Assembly: GCF_006345805.1 (NCBI RefSeq)
Contig: NC_043007.1
Coordinates: forward strand, 41,230,001 to 41,294,000
DNA from: Octopus sinensis
Taxonomy: Eukaryota
Reading direction: 5' to 3'
DNA length: 64,000 nucleotides
Below, piece after piece: positions 14,257 through 26,530 of the stretch; the stretch's first letter is position 1; each line of letters begins with the position of its first letter. Under the pieces are notes generated by a model. That model was not told the origin of the DNA. It saw only the letters and a list, made by a program, of their open reading frames with translations, and searched no databases. A program made the translations under genes and the position numbers.

Positions 14257-14636
14257 GTAAGAATTTTTAATTATGTCTTCTGTAAATATTTTCTCTGTAT
14301 TTTCTTTATTAATAGTGGAAACATGTGGCCTAGTGGGTAGCACGCGAGACTCCCAGTCATAATGTCATGGGTTCAATCCCTAGACCTCGCAGTGTGTTGT
14401 GTCCTTGAGCAAGGCATCTCATTTCATGTTGCTCCACTCTGCTCAACTGTAATGAGTACCAACTATGTATAACACTTTCTCCCTCCTTTTGTCTCATTCT
14501 GAACATTTCATTGAGTCAAGAGTCGGAGTGTTAAGAGTGAGAGGGTTCATGAGTACACAAGAATCTAAAACAGCTACGACAAAACATGGTATATATTATC
14601 ACTTAAGCTTTACCTAAGCCTTTCACTCCCTATGTG

Positions 14637-14945
14637 GAGGCACATGGCCTAGTGGTTAGAGCAGAGGACTCACAGTCGAGGGATCATGGGTTCGAATCTC
14701 AGACTGGGTGATATGTGTATTTATGAGTGAAACACCTAAGCTTCATGTGGCTCCAACAGACAGTAATGACAAACTTCTGCTGACTCTTTCACCACAACTT
14801 TCTCTCACTCTTTCCTCCTGAGTCTTGCAGCTCACCTGTGACAGACTGGTGTCCCATCCAGGTGGGGAGCCTATATGCCAAGGAAACTGGGAAACTGGCC
14901 ATATGAGCCAAGCATGGGTCTAGAAGGAAGAAACAAACCTTCACT
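14637..14945 (+). mobile_element. tRNA-head SINE (family also at about 20330-20630 -, 23590-23880 -, 38421-38630 +, 43510-43820 +)
   Basis: A/B-box head ggcctagtggttagag...ggttcgaatctc; repeated copies in the window. Confidence 0.75.
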
Positions 14946-15789
14946 CCCTATGGCACATAGGCCATCCTCCACCGTTTTTCACTCTGGACTATCTTTTCTA
15001 CTTCTCTCCAGTTGGATCTCTGCATTTTTTATCTTTGCTTCAGTATTGTATGTGTCTCTGAGTGAAGGCCTTCCTCTCCCAGGTCTTGCTGATTTTGAGT
15101 TATCATCAAGGCTTCTCTAATTTTGCTTTTTTCTAGATAGTGGTGTTGACCCTATGCAAACCCATTTTTACCAATGTGGACTTTCCAATATTGGTGAGAT
15201 TAATGCCACTAATACTACAAGTTAACAAACTGCTGGAGAAACATGAATATGTTAATCACTATTGTATTTTCTCCTCAGGGAATACCTTTTCTGTTCAGAC
15301 AATGTGTGTTCATAACACACTCAATTCATTGACAGCAGTGTGACACCAGTGTTTTGACCTGATTGTGTCTCTTCAGTGAGTGCTACCCTGCAGTAATGTA
15401 ACACCAGTGTTTTGACCTGGTTGTGTCACTTTAGTTAGTGATATCTACCAGATCAATGAAACCAAACAAAAGTAATGGCTCTTGCTTATAGAGTGCAGCA
15501 AAAAAGTTATTTTCTAATACTGATAATAAATTGTATGTGTGATCAACATACATTGTCTGAAAGGAGAATTAATACATTCATGTTAAAACTCATCCAGAAT
15601 GAATTTGTATCTAATTGTTTTCATTCTTGTTCTCTCTGGTTCATACTCATGCTGAGATCTGTCAGAACACCTAAGAATGTATATGTACATCCTCATTTTC
15701 ATTTGCATTATTTTCCATGCAATTTATTATTAGTTTGATCAACATCAGCACACATTAGCAAATAATTTGCTGGTAGAGTTCTATAAGCA

Positions 15790-16000
15790 AGAAGGCGGTG
15801 AACTGGCAGAATCTTAAGCACTCCGGGCGAAATGCTTAGCGGTATTTTGTCTGCCGCTACATTCTGAGTTCAAATTCCACCGAGGTCGACTTTGCCTTTC
15901 ATCCTTTCGGGGTCGATTAAATAAGTACCAGTTATGCACTGGGACCGATATAATCGACTTAATCCGTTTGTTTGTCCCTCTGTGTTTAGCCAATTGTAGG
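15790..16000 (+). mobile_element. SINE with Nin/Deu-like core (copies also near 2696, 3950, 17375, 35915-36320 tandem, 42845 -, 48710, 56065)
   Basis: Shared gagctggcagaatcgttagc...gttcaaattcc...gcctttcatcctttcggggtcgataaa-taagtaccag; core name recalled from memory. Confidence 0.7.
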
Positions 16001-16254
16001 CAGTAATGAAATAAGAAATAAGAGTTCTATAAACAAGAATTCTCATCTTGTTTTGATTTATTGTTCCAAGGGTAGCTTTTACTGAGGAGACAGTCAGGTT
16101 GAAACACTGCAATGTTTCAAATCCTCCTTACCTCAATGGATGGAGTATGTTTCCAACACACATTCTCAGAAAGTGGAAGGTGTTCTCAAAAGACTGAAAT
16201 ACAACAGTGATTCACATATTCATGATCAAATCTGCTGGAACATATTAAGAATAG

Positions 16255-16530
16255 CACCCATGCTGGTGCCATGTAAAAAGCACCTGTGCTGATACCATGT
16301 GAAAGCATCCGTGCTGGTGCCACATAAAAAGCATCCACATTGGAGCTCCAGAAAAAACACCCAGTACACTCTGTAAAGTGCTTGGCATTAGAAAGAGCAT
16401 TCAGCTGTAGAAACTATGCCAAAACAGATGACTGGAGCCTGGTGCAGCCCTCCAGTTTACCAGCTCCTGTCAAACCATCCCAGCCAGTGCCAGCATGGAA
16501 AATGGGCATTAAAGGATGATGCTGATATAT
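16255..16530 (+). mobile_element. Retroposon 3' end family with (GAT)n tail (also about 2985, 12810 -, 18630 -, 36490 -, 39780 -, 55470)
   Basis: aaaagcacccagtacactctgtaaagtggttggc-ttaggaagggcatccag...gccagcatggaaaa-ggac-ttaaa-gatgatg recurs. Confidence 0.6.
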
Positions 16531-16795
16531 CAGAAGGATCAATGGTCCTTCCTGGACCATAAGCTCATAAGGCAGATTTCCTGAATTCTGTGGCATATAA
16601 ATTCACTCGTGGATGAGAAACCAGTCTGTTGCAAGATCAATTTTGCCAGCTGAGGGAACAAGAGCAATGGGAAATGAAGCGTTTTGATCAAGAACATAGT
16701 GTATCATCCAGTCCAGGAATCAAAACCACAAACTTATGATCATGAGTACAAAACCCTAACCACAAAGCTACACACCCACACACACACACCACGCG

Positions 16796-16836
<41 letters not shown>

Positions 16837-17061
16837 ATGTGTACACATATATACATGCATGTATGTGTGTGTTTGTGTGCGAATGTATATGTATGTATAT
16901 GTATTGAATGGCTAATAAATTCATTTAAACAGCCGGCAATGTTTTATCAAATGCAGACATAAACTAATACATACTATCTATAACTATCACTATGCATATA
17001 TACATACATACATACATACATTCATACATACATACATACATGCATGCATATATATATATGT

Positions 17062-17112
<51 letters not shown>

Positions 17113-17735
17113 TGCACACATACATATATATACACATGTGTATAGATAGATATATAGAGAGAATTTTTTATGTATGTATGTATATATGCATTTTCTGCAA
17201 TGATTTATGAGGTGGTGACTAGTGACAGTTCTGTAAATAATAATATTTTATAAGCTTAAAGCTAATATGTGATTACTAATGAAAAATACCCAATATTACA
17301 CTATTTTCTTTAGTCCATACATGGCGATTGGTTATAAGCTTTAAGATTATATAATGTTGTTATTACTATTTAAAAAGGTGGCAATCTGGCTGAATCGTTA
17401 GCGCACTGGACAAAATGTTTTGCGGTATTTTGCCCGTTGCTAAACTCTGAGTTCAAATTTCACTGAAGCCAACTTAGCCTTTCATTCTTTTGGAGTCGAT
17501 AAAATAAGTACCATTTGAACACTGGGGTCAATGTAATCGATTCATCTCCACCTTCCCCAAGCTGCTCTTGTGGCAAAATTTGAAATAGCTATTATCATTA
17601 TTTCTAGAATATTTACACATATATATATATATAGTTAATCCAAACATGAAAACACAAAGAGAAAACACAACAACGCGAGGACGTGGAACAAGTATAGTGT
17701 TATTGGACACTCAGGAAAGGAAAGAAAGAAGGAGG

Positions 17736-17770
17736 ATTTAACATTTCGAGCAGAGCTCTTCATCAGAAAC
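17736..17770 (-). ncRNA. Minimal hammerhead-like motif (Penelope pLTR type)
   Basis: - strand GUUU-CUGAUGA-A-GAGC-UCU-GCUC-GAAAUGUU-AAAU. Confidence 0.5.
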
Positions 17771-17843
17771 ATAGGAAAAGGAAAGATCCAAGGAAGGGAA
17801 GACGGAGAAAAAAAAATCGCCAACAATGTGCACAGGGTCACAT

Positions 17844-17881
<38 letters not shown>

Positions 17882-19959
17882 TATCTTTACAAGTATACCT
17901 ATATACATACACACTCCCACACACACACACTCATGTGAACTTTAACCTCAGGCATGGCTCATTCCCTCTTGTTAGTGGACATTCAGAATCTACTGGAGTG
18001 GAGATTGTAGGTTCATGAGAAAAACAGAGAGAAAGAAAAATGAGGAGGAGAAGGGGAGAGAGAGAGAGAGTGGGAGGGAGAGAAAGAGTTTTGGGAAAGT
18101 GTAAGGTGTGAAGGGTGTCACCAAACACAGAAGCTAGTACCAATCTACTCCTAATAAGATGCTTGAGATGCCTTTAAGGGTATATGTGTGTGGCGAGAGT
18201 CTAATTTAATCTTGACAAACATCTCACTATTTTAAAGAATATTGTTGAAGGAAAAAGTCAAGACAAACTACTAATGAGTGTGTATGCATGCATATGTGTG
18301 CATGTGTGCATGTGTGTGTGTGTGTGAGCATGTGCATGTACATTTGTACATGTAATATATATTTACATGCACACACATATACTCTTTTTACTCTTTTACT
18401 TGTTTCAGTCATTTGACTGTGGCCATGCTGGAGCATCGCCTTTAGTCAAGCAAATCGACCCCAGGACTTATTCTTTGTAAGCCTAGTACTTATACTATTA
18501 GTGTCTTTTGCTGAACCACTAAGTTACGGGGATGTAAACACACCAGCATCGGATGTGAAGCGATGTTGGGGGGACAAACACAGACACACAAACATATACA
18601 CACACATACACACACATATATATCATCATCATCATCATCATCATCGTTTAATGTCCGTTTTCCGCGCTAGCACGGGTTGGACGGTTTGACCGGGGTCTGG
18701 GAAGCCAGAGGCCGCTCCAGGCTCCAGTCTGATCTGGCAGAGTTTCTACGGCTGGATGCCCTTCCTAACGCCAACCCCTCCACGAGTGGAGTGGGTGCTT
18801 TTTACATGCCACCTGCACAGGGGCCGGGGGGTCCGGCATCGGTCACGATCGGTTCAAGCTTTTTTAGAGTTGAGTTGGGGGGGGGTCTAGCTGAGAAAGG
18901 TTCCACCAGTGGAAAGAGAGGGAGAGATAGTGGGGGGGGGTGCAGGTAATATAGGGAAGCACCAGTGGGGAAGGTTGGGTAAGGAGGAATGATGACAAGG
19001 AAGGGTTGGTGCAGAAGAAATAAAAACGTAGGATATCACGAGACGGGGAGGGGACTAGAAGGAGATAGTCGGATTGAGGCAGTGACAGATTCTAAACAGG
19101 AGGTAACGTAAGATCAGTGGGGCAGTTAATGAGCTGCGGTGCTAGCAGCTTGTCTTGGTGGGGGGAAGGGGTAGTACACAGTGAAGGCATGTGAGAAGGA
19201 GGGGTAGGAGGGAGAGACACACGCAATGGTGGTGGGGAGGAGGAGGGAGGAGGGCATATCCGGTGTAGATGGTGAGAACAGTGTTCACCGGTATTGGTGG
19301 CGGGGGCACCGCCGAATGGCGGAAAGATGGAATTAAGGATTGAACGTTAAGGAGGGTTAAATTTCGTAGAGAAAGATAAGCAAGTTACTGTATGAGTACA
19401 GACATTTAACAATAGTAACAAATGAGCACGAATGAGAAGTAACGAATGAGCACAAGTGAGGTACGAAAGATAATGAGATAAAAATGTTTTTGTAACTTGC
19501 TGTGAAGGCCGGAAGTTGTTGTTGGAGAAGAAAGGAAGTTTAAAATTGGCGAATGGCGGAAAGATGGAATTAAGAATTGAACGTTAAAGAGGGTTAAATT
19601 TCGTAGAGAAAGATAAGCAAGTTACTGTATGAGTACAGACATTTAACAATAGTATATATATATACGACGGGCTTCTTTCAGTTTCCATTTACCAAATCCA
19701 CTCACAAGGCTTTGGTCGGCCCGAGGCTATAGTAGAAGACACTTTCCCAAGGTGCCACGCAGTGGGACTGAACCCGGAACCATGTGGTTGGGAAGCAAGC
19801 TGCTTACCACAAAGCCACTCCTACGCCTATGTAGGAGTGGCTTTGTGGTATATATATGTATATATACATATTCATATAATATATATCTTCATCTTCTTAG
19901 CTGCTTTCTCATATATGAGCAAAGACATTGCTAAAAAGAATTACTGAAATGAGTCATTG

Positions 19960-21140
19960 TTGATGCAGTGCAAGGCCCTTCTATGACTCTTGAGCCTGGT
20001 GAAAGTTTTCACATTCTATTACATAATGTACTGCTGTGTTGGCTGGCAGAAGAAACAGGTGGCACAGTATGAACTCTTTTGACATACCGTTACAATCCTC
20101 CAACTGAGATGCACACATGGTGCTTCTGTAATGTCAGCTGCTAGATAGCAAACCTTTAGTGTGTCAATATCCAGAGAAGTAGTATGTTCAAGATATGGTT
20201 AGTGACTGACAGAGGGTATTCATTTGGTTGCATGTCTCTGGACAGCTCCAGCTGATCAATATTCTGGACAAGTTGGGGATTCTGGTTTGGAGATGCAAAC
20301 TATTAGTGTGAGTGTTACATAGCCATATCACCGTGACCGACCAGGCTATCAGATGTTGCTACACATCGCTGGTCACAATGCACTTCACATTGTTTTAGCC
20401 TTCAAATGACGCCACCCTGCTGGCTAAGCGAACAGGCCAACAGAAGAAAGAGTGAGAGAGAGTTGTGGCAAAAGAGTACAGCAGGGATTGCCACCACCCC
20501 TGCTGGAGCCTCGTGGAGCTTTAGGTGTTTTCGCTCAATAAACACTCACAACGCCCGGTCTGAGAATCGAAACTGCGATTCTACAACCGTGAGTCCGCTG
20601 CCCTAACCACTGGGCCATTGCGCCTCCACACACATAGCCATATATAACTTTAAATACACTGCTGGTAAGTAGTTGACAAAGGGCTTACTGAGTGATATTA
20701 AGATACCTTTGGCTTTTTTACAGTTTTAGAAATATGATTCATCAACACAGATTTTTGTTGATAATAATGTTTAGGTCACATTCATCAGCAGACATTTCAA
20801 TGTTGGTATTGAAGACAGATTAGGGAAATTCCAGAATTTTCCTTGCAAAATATATGGTAGTGCACTTCCCTACAACCAGCTTGAGTTGTCAGTCAGCAAT
20901 GGAGTACATGGAGTCCAGCTCAGACTGCAAGGATGTATCGCATATAGCATCCATTCTTTTTATCTCAAGACACAGCTTAATGTCATTTAGATTTTTAACA
21001 TAGTAGCATGCTTCAATTTAGTATTTATTTCATTTATGAATGCAGCAAATAACAAGAGACTGAGAACAAATCCCTGGGAATGCCAGATGACATTGCATTA
21101 TGTGCAGTATGTTGGTTCTAGTACAGTGACTACTTCTTTT
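19960..21140 (-). mobile_element. CR1/L2-like LINE RT remnant interrupted by a SINE (about 20330-20630)
   Basis: - strand SGIPQGFVLSLLLF...LQSELD...KC and AVQRHATK*IP. Confidence 0.65.
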
Positions 21141-21194
21141 CAATCAAAAGTGAAGGACTACAAACTGTTATAAATATTGGTGATAAATATAAAT

Positions 21195-21325
21195 ATTAGT
21201 CCACTCACTCAAGCTTATTCAGGACCCTATTGTGTTCTTTCTCATTCTAACAAACATTTCACCATTGACTGCAATGGTTTCAGAGACACTGCCTCTGTTG
21301 ATAGACTTAAAAGCCATCACTTCAG
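21195..21325 (+). mobile_element. Gypsy integrase C-terminal fragment
   Basis: PLTQAYSGPYCVLSHSNKHFTIDCNGFRDTASVDRLK resembles the P.Y.GPY.V...TVS.DRLK motif. Confidence 0.6.
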
Positions 21326-21530
21326 TTATGGAAAAAATGCTGCATTTTTTCAATGTCCCAATAACTGAAGAGATGCCAGCGTCAGTTTCTGCCCCGACAT
21401 CTGAAACTCAGAGTTTTATCATGGCTATAAAATAATTGTCACATATTATATTTACGAATAAATTCCTCTATTTACATAATATTGAGGTCTCTTTCATTCT
21501 TTTGTTGTCTTGCCATTTCTATCAATATAT

Positions 21531-21605
<75 letters not shown>

Positions 21606-22213
21606 TATATATATATGTATGTATATATGCATATATATATACATACATATTTCTCTCATTACTTACACATGACCATCATCCATCTTTCTTTTCCTTCAGT
21701 CTGTTGTGCAGTCCAGATGCAATCCTATCTGTCTCCTCTCCTATCTTTTCTCTTATCAAAGAATTTACTTCCCGTGTTCATTACCTAACCTCATCTGAGC
21801 CTAACAGCCCTCCCTGTTTGTATTCGTTTGGTTTGGTGTATGTCCTGTTTTTGTTACCAACTTTGACCCTCCACAAATCCCAAATTTTATTTTGGTTTGC
21901 GGGAGCAACTACCTTCAAAGTCTTATCTTGTCGTTCATTGCTCGAAATAAGTAGAAGGACAGCCAACAACTGATGAAGGGTCGTTTTTTATGTTACTTGT
22001 CATTTTGCAGTTGTTTCTCTCATTCTTTGCATACCCAACGTTATTTTCGTATTGCATGTTGTTTACAGTTTGTGATGCCCTGTACCCATACCTATATACA
22101 TACATATGTATGCATGTACATATGTGTGTATATATGCATATATATATATATATTTATGCACACACACACACACACACACATACACACGCACACACACACA
22201 CACATATATATAT

Positions 22214-23000
22214 ATTTAAATAATCAGGGTAAAAAATATCAATTTAATATCAATTATTAATATCAATTTAAACCAGTGGCCTAGCATATTAGAAAAAATC
22301 TGAAGATTCAGAAAAATTATATTACATACATATAAGAGGGATGACCACTAAGTGGACATCCAATATGCTAGCTGTAGACCCCATATAGTCTGACCTCTAA
22401 GGAAAGATTGTTCTCAAGATAATTCAGCAAACACCAGAACATAAGCGAGCAAGACAAAGGGAAAGATACAAAATATAATTTTTCTGAATTTTCAGATTTT
22501 TTCAATATGCTAGGCCACTGGTTTAAATTGATACTAATTAAATTGATATTCAGTTTTTCACTCTGATTATTTAAATTTAAATAACCATGTCCTCTAACCA
22601 GCAAGATTCACTGCAGAAAATTATTTTCTGCAGAATTATTTCTGATTTCTGATGTGCCAAAACAAAGACATTTGAAATATACATCCAAATATAATTGGCA
22701 AAACTATATGCATGTTCAATGTCGTGTGGACATCTCATGTATAGTTCTTCAAATTATATTTTGCTATGACGGTCACACTGATGAATTGCGGACATTTATG
22801 TAATTATGCAAATGGTAACAATGAAGCCTAGTATGTGACTAATCATTATATTTTGTACCTTTTCTTTTGTCTTGCTCACTTATGTTCTGGCATTTGCTGA
22901 ATTTTCTTGAGAGCAATCTTTTCTAAGTGGTCAGACCAAAGGGGGTCTACATCTAGCTTATTGGAAGTCCACTTAGTGGTCATTCCTCTTATATGTATAT
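22214..23000 (+). repeat. Diverged relative of the 32-kb unit with nested inverted repeats
   Basis: 22214-22320 inverted with 22474-22576; 22322-22466 inverted with 22860-23000; shares motifs with the 32-kb unit. Confidence 0.85.
22771..22840 (+). ncRNA. Type I hammerhead-like motif (core A15.1->G)
   Basis: GGUCACA-CUGAUGA-AUUG...CAAU-GAAG-C-CUA-GUA-UGUGACU. Confidence 0.6.
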
Positions 23001-23027
23001 ATACACACACACACATATATATATATA

Positions 23028-23067
<40 letters not shown>

Positions 23068-23452
23068 TGTTTTATCCTTCGAAACACACTTGAGTTAGCT
23101 AGAGACAGCTGATGAACTGGGGGTTTTTCCTGTGTGGTTTGTCCTGTACCTTGTTTTTCTGTTGTAGAAAATAATGTTTTTCCCGTTTCCGTTTCGTCTC
23201 TGTTTTTTTGTTGTAAAAATATGGCTTGTCCGTTTTCGTTTTTCGTTGAGTTCTACGTCTAGTTGCAGTGTCCTGTACTCACGTATATATATTATATATG
23301 CATGTATATATACATGTAGATGTAGGTACGTACATATGTTGGTATGCATGCATAATTTTATTTATTACATTATTGTCTGATAGCGCGTTCGCGTCAGGGT
23401 CGATTCGATTCGTCGTTTCGTCCCACTTCCCTTCCTCCCAGTTTTGTTATAT

Positions 23453-23485
<33 letters not shown>

Positions 23486-23904
23486 TATATATCTATATAT
23501 ATATATATATATATATCATGCCTATATATATATGCATATATAAATATATACTATATTTAAATACATATAATATATATTTTAATATCCTTCTTGAGCCATG
23601 CCTGGCTCATAGGGACGGTTTCCCGGTTTCCTTGGCATATAGTTTCCCCACCTGGATGGGACACCAGTCCATCACAGGTGAGCTGCAAGATGCAGGAGGA
23701 AAGAGTGAGAGATAGTTGTGGTGAAAGAGTCAGCAAAAGTTTGCCATTACCTTCCGCTGGTGCCGCGTGGAGCTTAGGTGTTTCGTTCATAAACACACAA
23801 AACGCCTGGTCTGAGATTCGATCCCACAACCCCTCGACCCCGCGTCTGCTGCTCTAACTACTTGGCCATGTGCCTCCACACTATATATATATGTATGTAT
23901 ACAT

Positions 23905-23956
<52 letters not shown>

Positions 23957-24022
23957 TGTACATATATATACATATACATACAATATGAATATATGTATAT
24001 ATTCTATATAATATATATATAT

Positions 24023-24066
<44 letters not shown>

Positions 24067-24120
24067 ACATATATATATATATATTATATTATACATATAT
24101 ATATAATATATATATTATAT

Positions 24121-24206
<86 letters not shown>

Positions 24207-24207
24207 C

Positions 24208-24245
<38 letters not shown>

Positions 24246-25265
24246 AATGATAAAATAGAGATAAATTAATTAATAATTATATTCAACTTAATAATGATTT
24301 AATTATTTTAATTAATTTTTAAAGTCTGAATCAAAACAGCTGTCTGAGATTATGTCTATTATGTCTAATTATGTCTAATTATTAATTGATTTATCTCTAT
24401 CTCCTTAGTTTTCTTAAATAAATATAAACCTTGGTTTATTTAATTACCTATTTTTGCATATTAAATCTAATATTCAAAATAAATGATAGCTAAGAAACCA
24501 GTAAATTCAAAAAACATGTAGTAAATAAATGTGAACATATACTAAATACTGGACTTCAAAGTTTCAGCTCACTAAGCCATCAAAAGACTGCAATCTAAGG
24601 ATTGTTTTACTGGCCAAAGCTTCAAAGTCATAGTCAACAACATTCTTGTATAAAAGTATTAAATTTGTATTCAACAAAAGCAGAGAGTAACCCACCAGAT
24701 TAATATAAAATTGTTTTTAGTATTACGGAGATGTACTTGCTTAGGAAGTGAATTGATCTGAGATCATGTGTGGAAACAAAAACAATTGCAGCGTGGAAGA
24801 TATTTGTAAGCCATTCAAGAACACACAAAATCTATTAGTTTCACTTCGACATTTAACAAAATGAAACTGTTGCTTAGCTGTTATTTTTCTCAGGCAACAA
24901 GTAACGGCTTTCCTCAGAGTTTTCATAGCCTGGCTGAAGCTTTCAGAATTACAGAGATGTACTTGCATAGCAAGTGACTTGTTGCTATTATAACTGAACA
25001 TAAAAACAAACATTAACATATATATATACATATAACAAAATTGCCTGACGAACGGGAATGTGAAACTCTGAGTAACAGGTTTTGTTATATTTCTGCTGCT
25101 TTTAAATAAAGTATATATATATATATATACATATGTATCAAACAACCCCTTAATATTTGTTGTTGTTTTTTTTATTTCACTGACATATTAAACATCAGCC
25201 ATGCTTCATTCTGCATATCAACCAACCAAATAATTTATATATTCATTCACTATTTCTACTAAAAG

Positions 25266-25439
25266 CCACTGGAGTTGGAAATATCAATGTACCAACAGGC
25301 CTCAGCAACAGACTCACCAAAGTTGATGTTCACCCAACACACAAAATTAAAGAGTACCCAGCAGGAACAAACCAGCTGGATAAACCTAGAGCTTTACCTG
25401 TCACCAAATCACACCAAATTGGTTTCAGTACCATTATTG
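25266..25439 (+). CDS. Exon: C2/MNNL-like C-terminal part
   Basis: actaaaag|...|gtaagt; phase 0->0; PLELEISMYQQASATDSPKLMFTQHTKLKSTQQEQTSWINLELYLSPNHTKLVSVPLL, loosely similar to the SLIIEAW...W strands of DSL-ligand C2 domains. Confidence 0.65.
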
Positions 25440-25715
25440 GTAAGTAAATAGGATGTTTTAGTATATTTATTTGTTATTTTTATGTCTGTTTTCCATTATT
25501 ATCTCACAACCAACCCAATGAGAGTTTCAGCGAAAAAGTTTTCCAGTTGTTTAATCTACAGAATTACTTACGCATTGTATTATAGGTATCATAGTGTAAG
25601 TGGCTGAGTATTCTAACCACTGGAATGTGCAGATATAAATGCATATACATTCATATACATTCACACACAAACACACACATATACATACATACATGCATGT
25701 ATACATGTGTGAGTA

Positions 25716-25797
<82 letters not shown>

Positions 25798-26486
25798 CAT
25801 GCTGAGATAACTCTTTGTTGCTATACTGAGCATTCTGAATTTTCTCTGGCCATACACCTAAAAGCTGGCCATACACCTAAAATGCATTATATATCACACA
25901 AAAATGGCTGATGTTGAAATAATATTAATAATAATAATATGCAGTATCAGACAGTGGTTTTCATGGCTTCTGATCTTAACTGACTGGAAGTGCTATCATG
26001 TACATTGTTTTGTCTTGGCATAAACAATGGGCTACCGCAAATATTTTGCTCAATACCACAGATTTGCTTGTCAGTTGTTTGACTTTATCCAGTTGACCAT
26101 GTCCCTTAGTGACTGATGATATGTCCATCTCTGATCACAAGCAGAAGTAGTAGAGGAGCATCATAGTCACGTGTTGAGAGGAATTCTTTGGAATTTGGAT
26201 TATTCACCTATGGTAATATGGGTGTCTCGTTCAACATCCTTAAACATCCCTAATTCAAGGACCTTTTGAGTGAGATGAGCAACTCGACCTGAAGAAAGGT
26301 TATGCACTGTTAATCTTGATATGGGATCACAATGTCGTGTACATATGGTCGTGATGCATGTGCCTGGTGTACCCTTATCAGATGGGTAGTCACGATGGGT
26401 ATACTGGACCTCATATATTTTTACCCCAGTGTCACTTTGATGGCATGCACTGCTCTCTCACTTAGTAATACTACTACTACTACTAC

Positions 26487-26526
<40 letters not shown>

Positions 26527-26530
<4 letters not shown>

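Noticed and set aside
16070-18020. Possible extra exons near 16070 and 17950
   Set aside because: The intron is phase 0, and both candidates hit stop codons in the phase-0 frame.
23075-23125. GAAAC ... CTGATGA as a type II hammerhead
   Set aside because: Stems I and II do not pair convincingly.
24545-24590. Minus-strand TTGATGG...GAAAC...GTC hammerhead relic
   Set aside because: Core mutated at several positions and no stem I.
25266-25439. Second open frame (ATGVGNINVP...) across exon 3, suggesting dual coding
   Set aside because: It is incompatible with the flanking exon phases, and a 58-codon alternative open frame can arise by chance.
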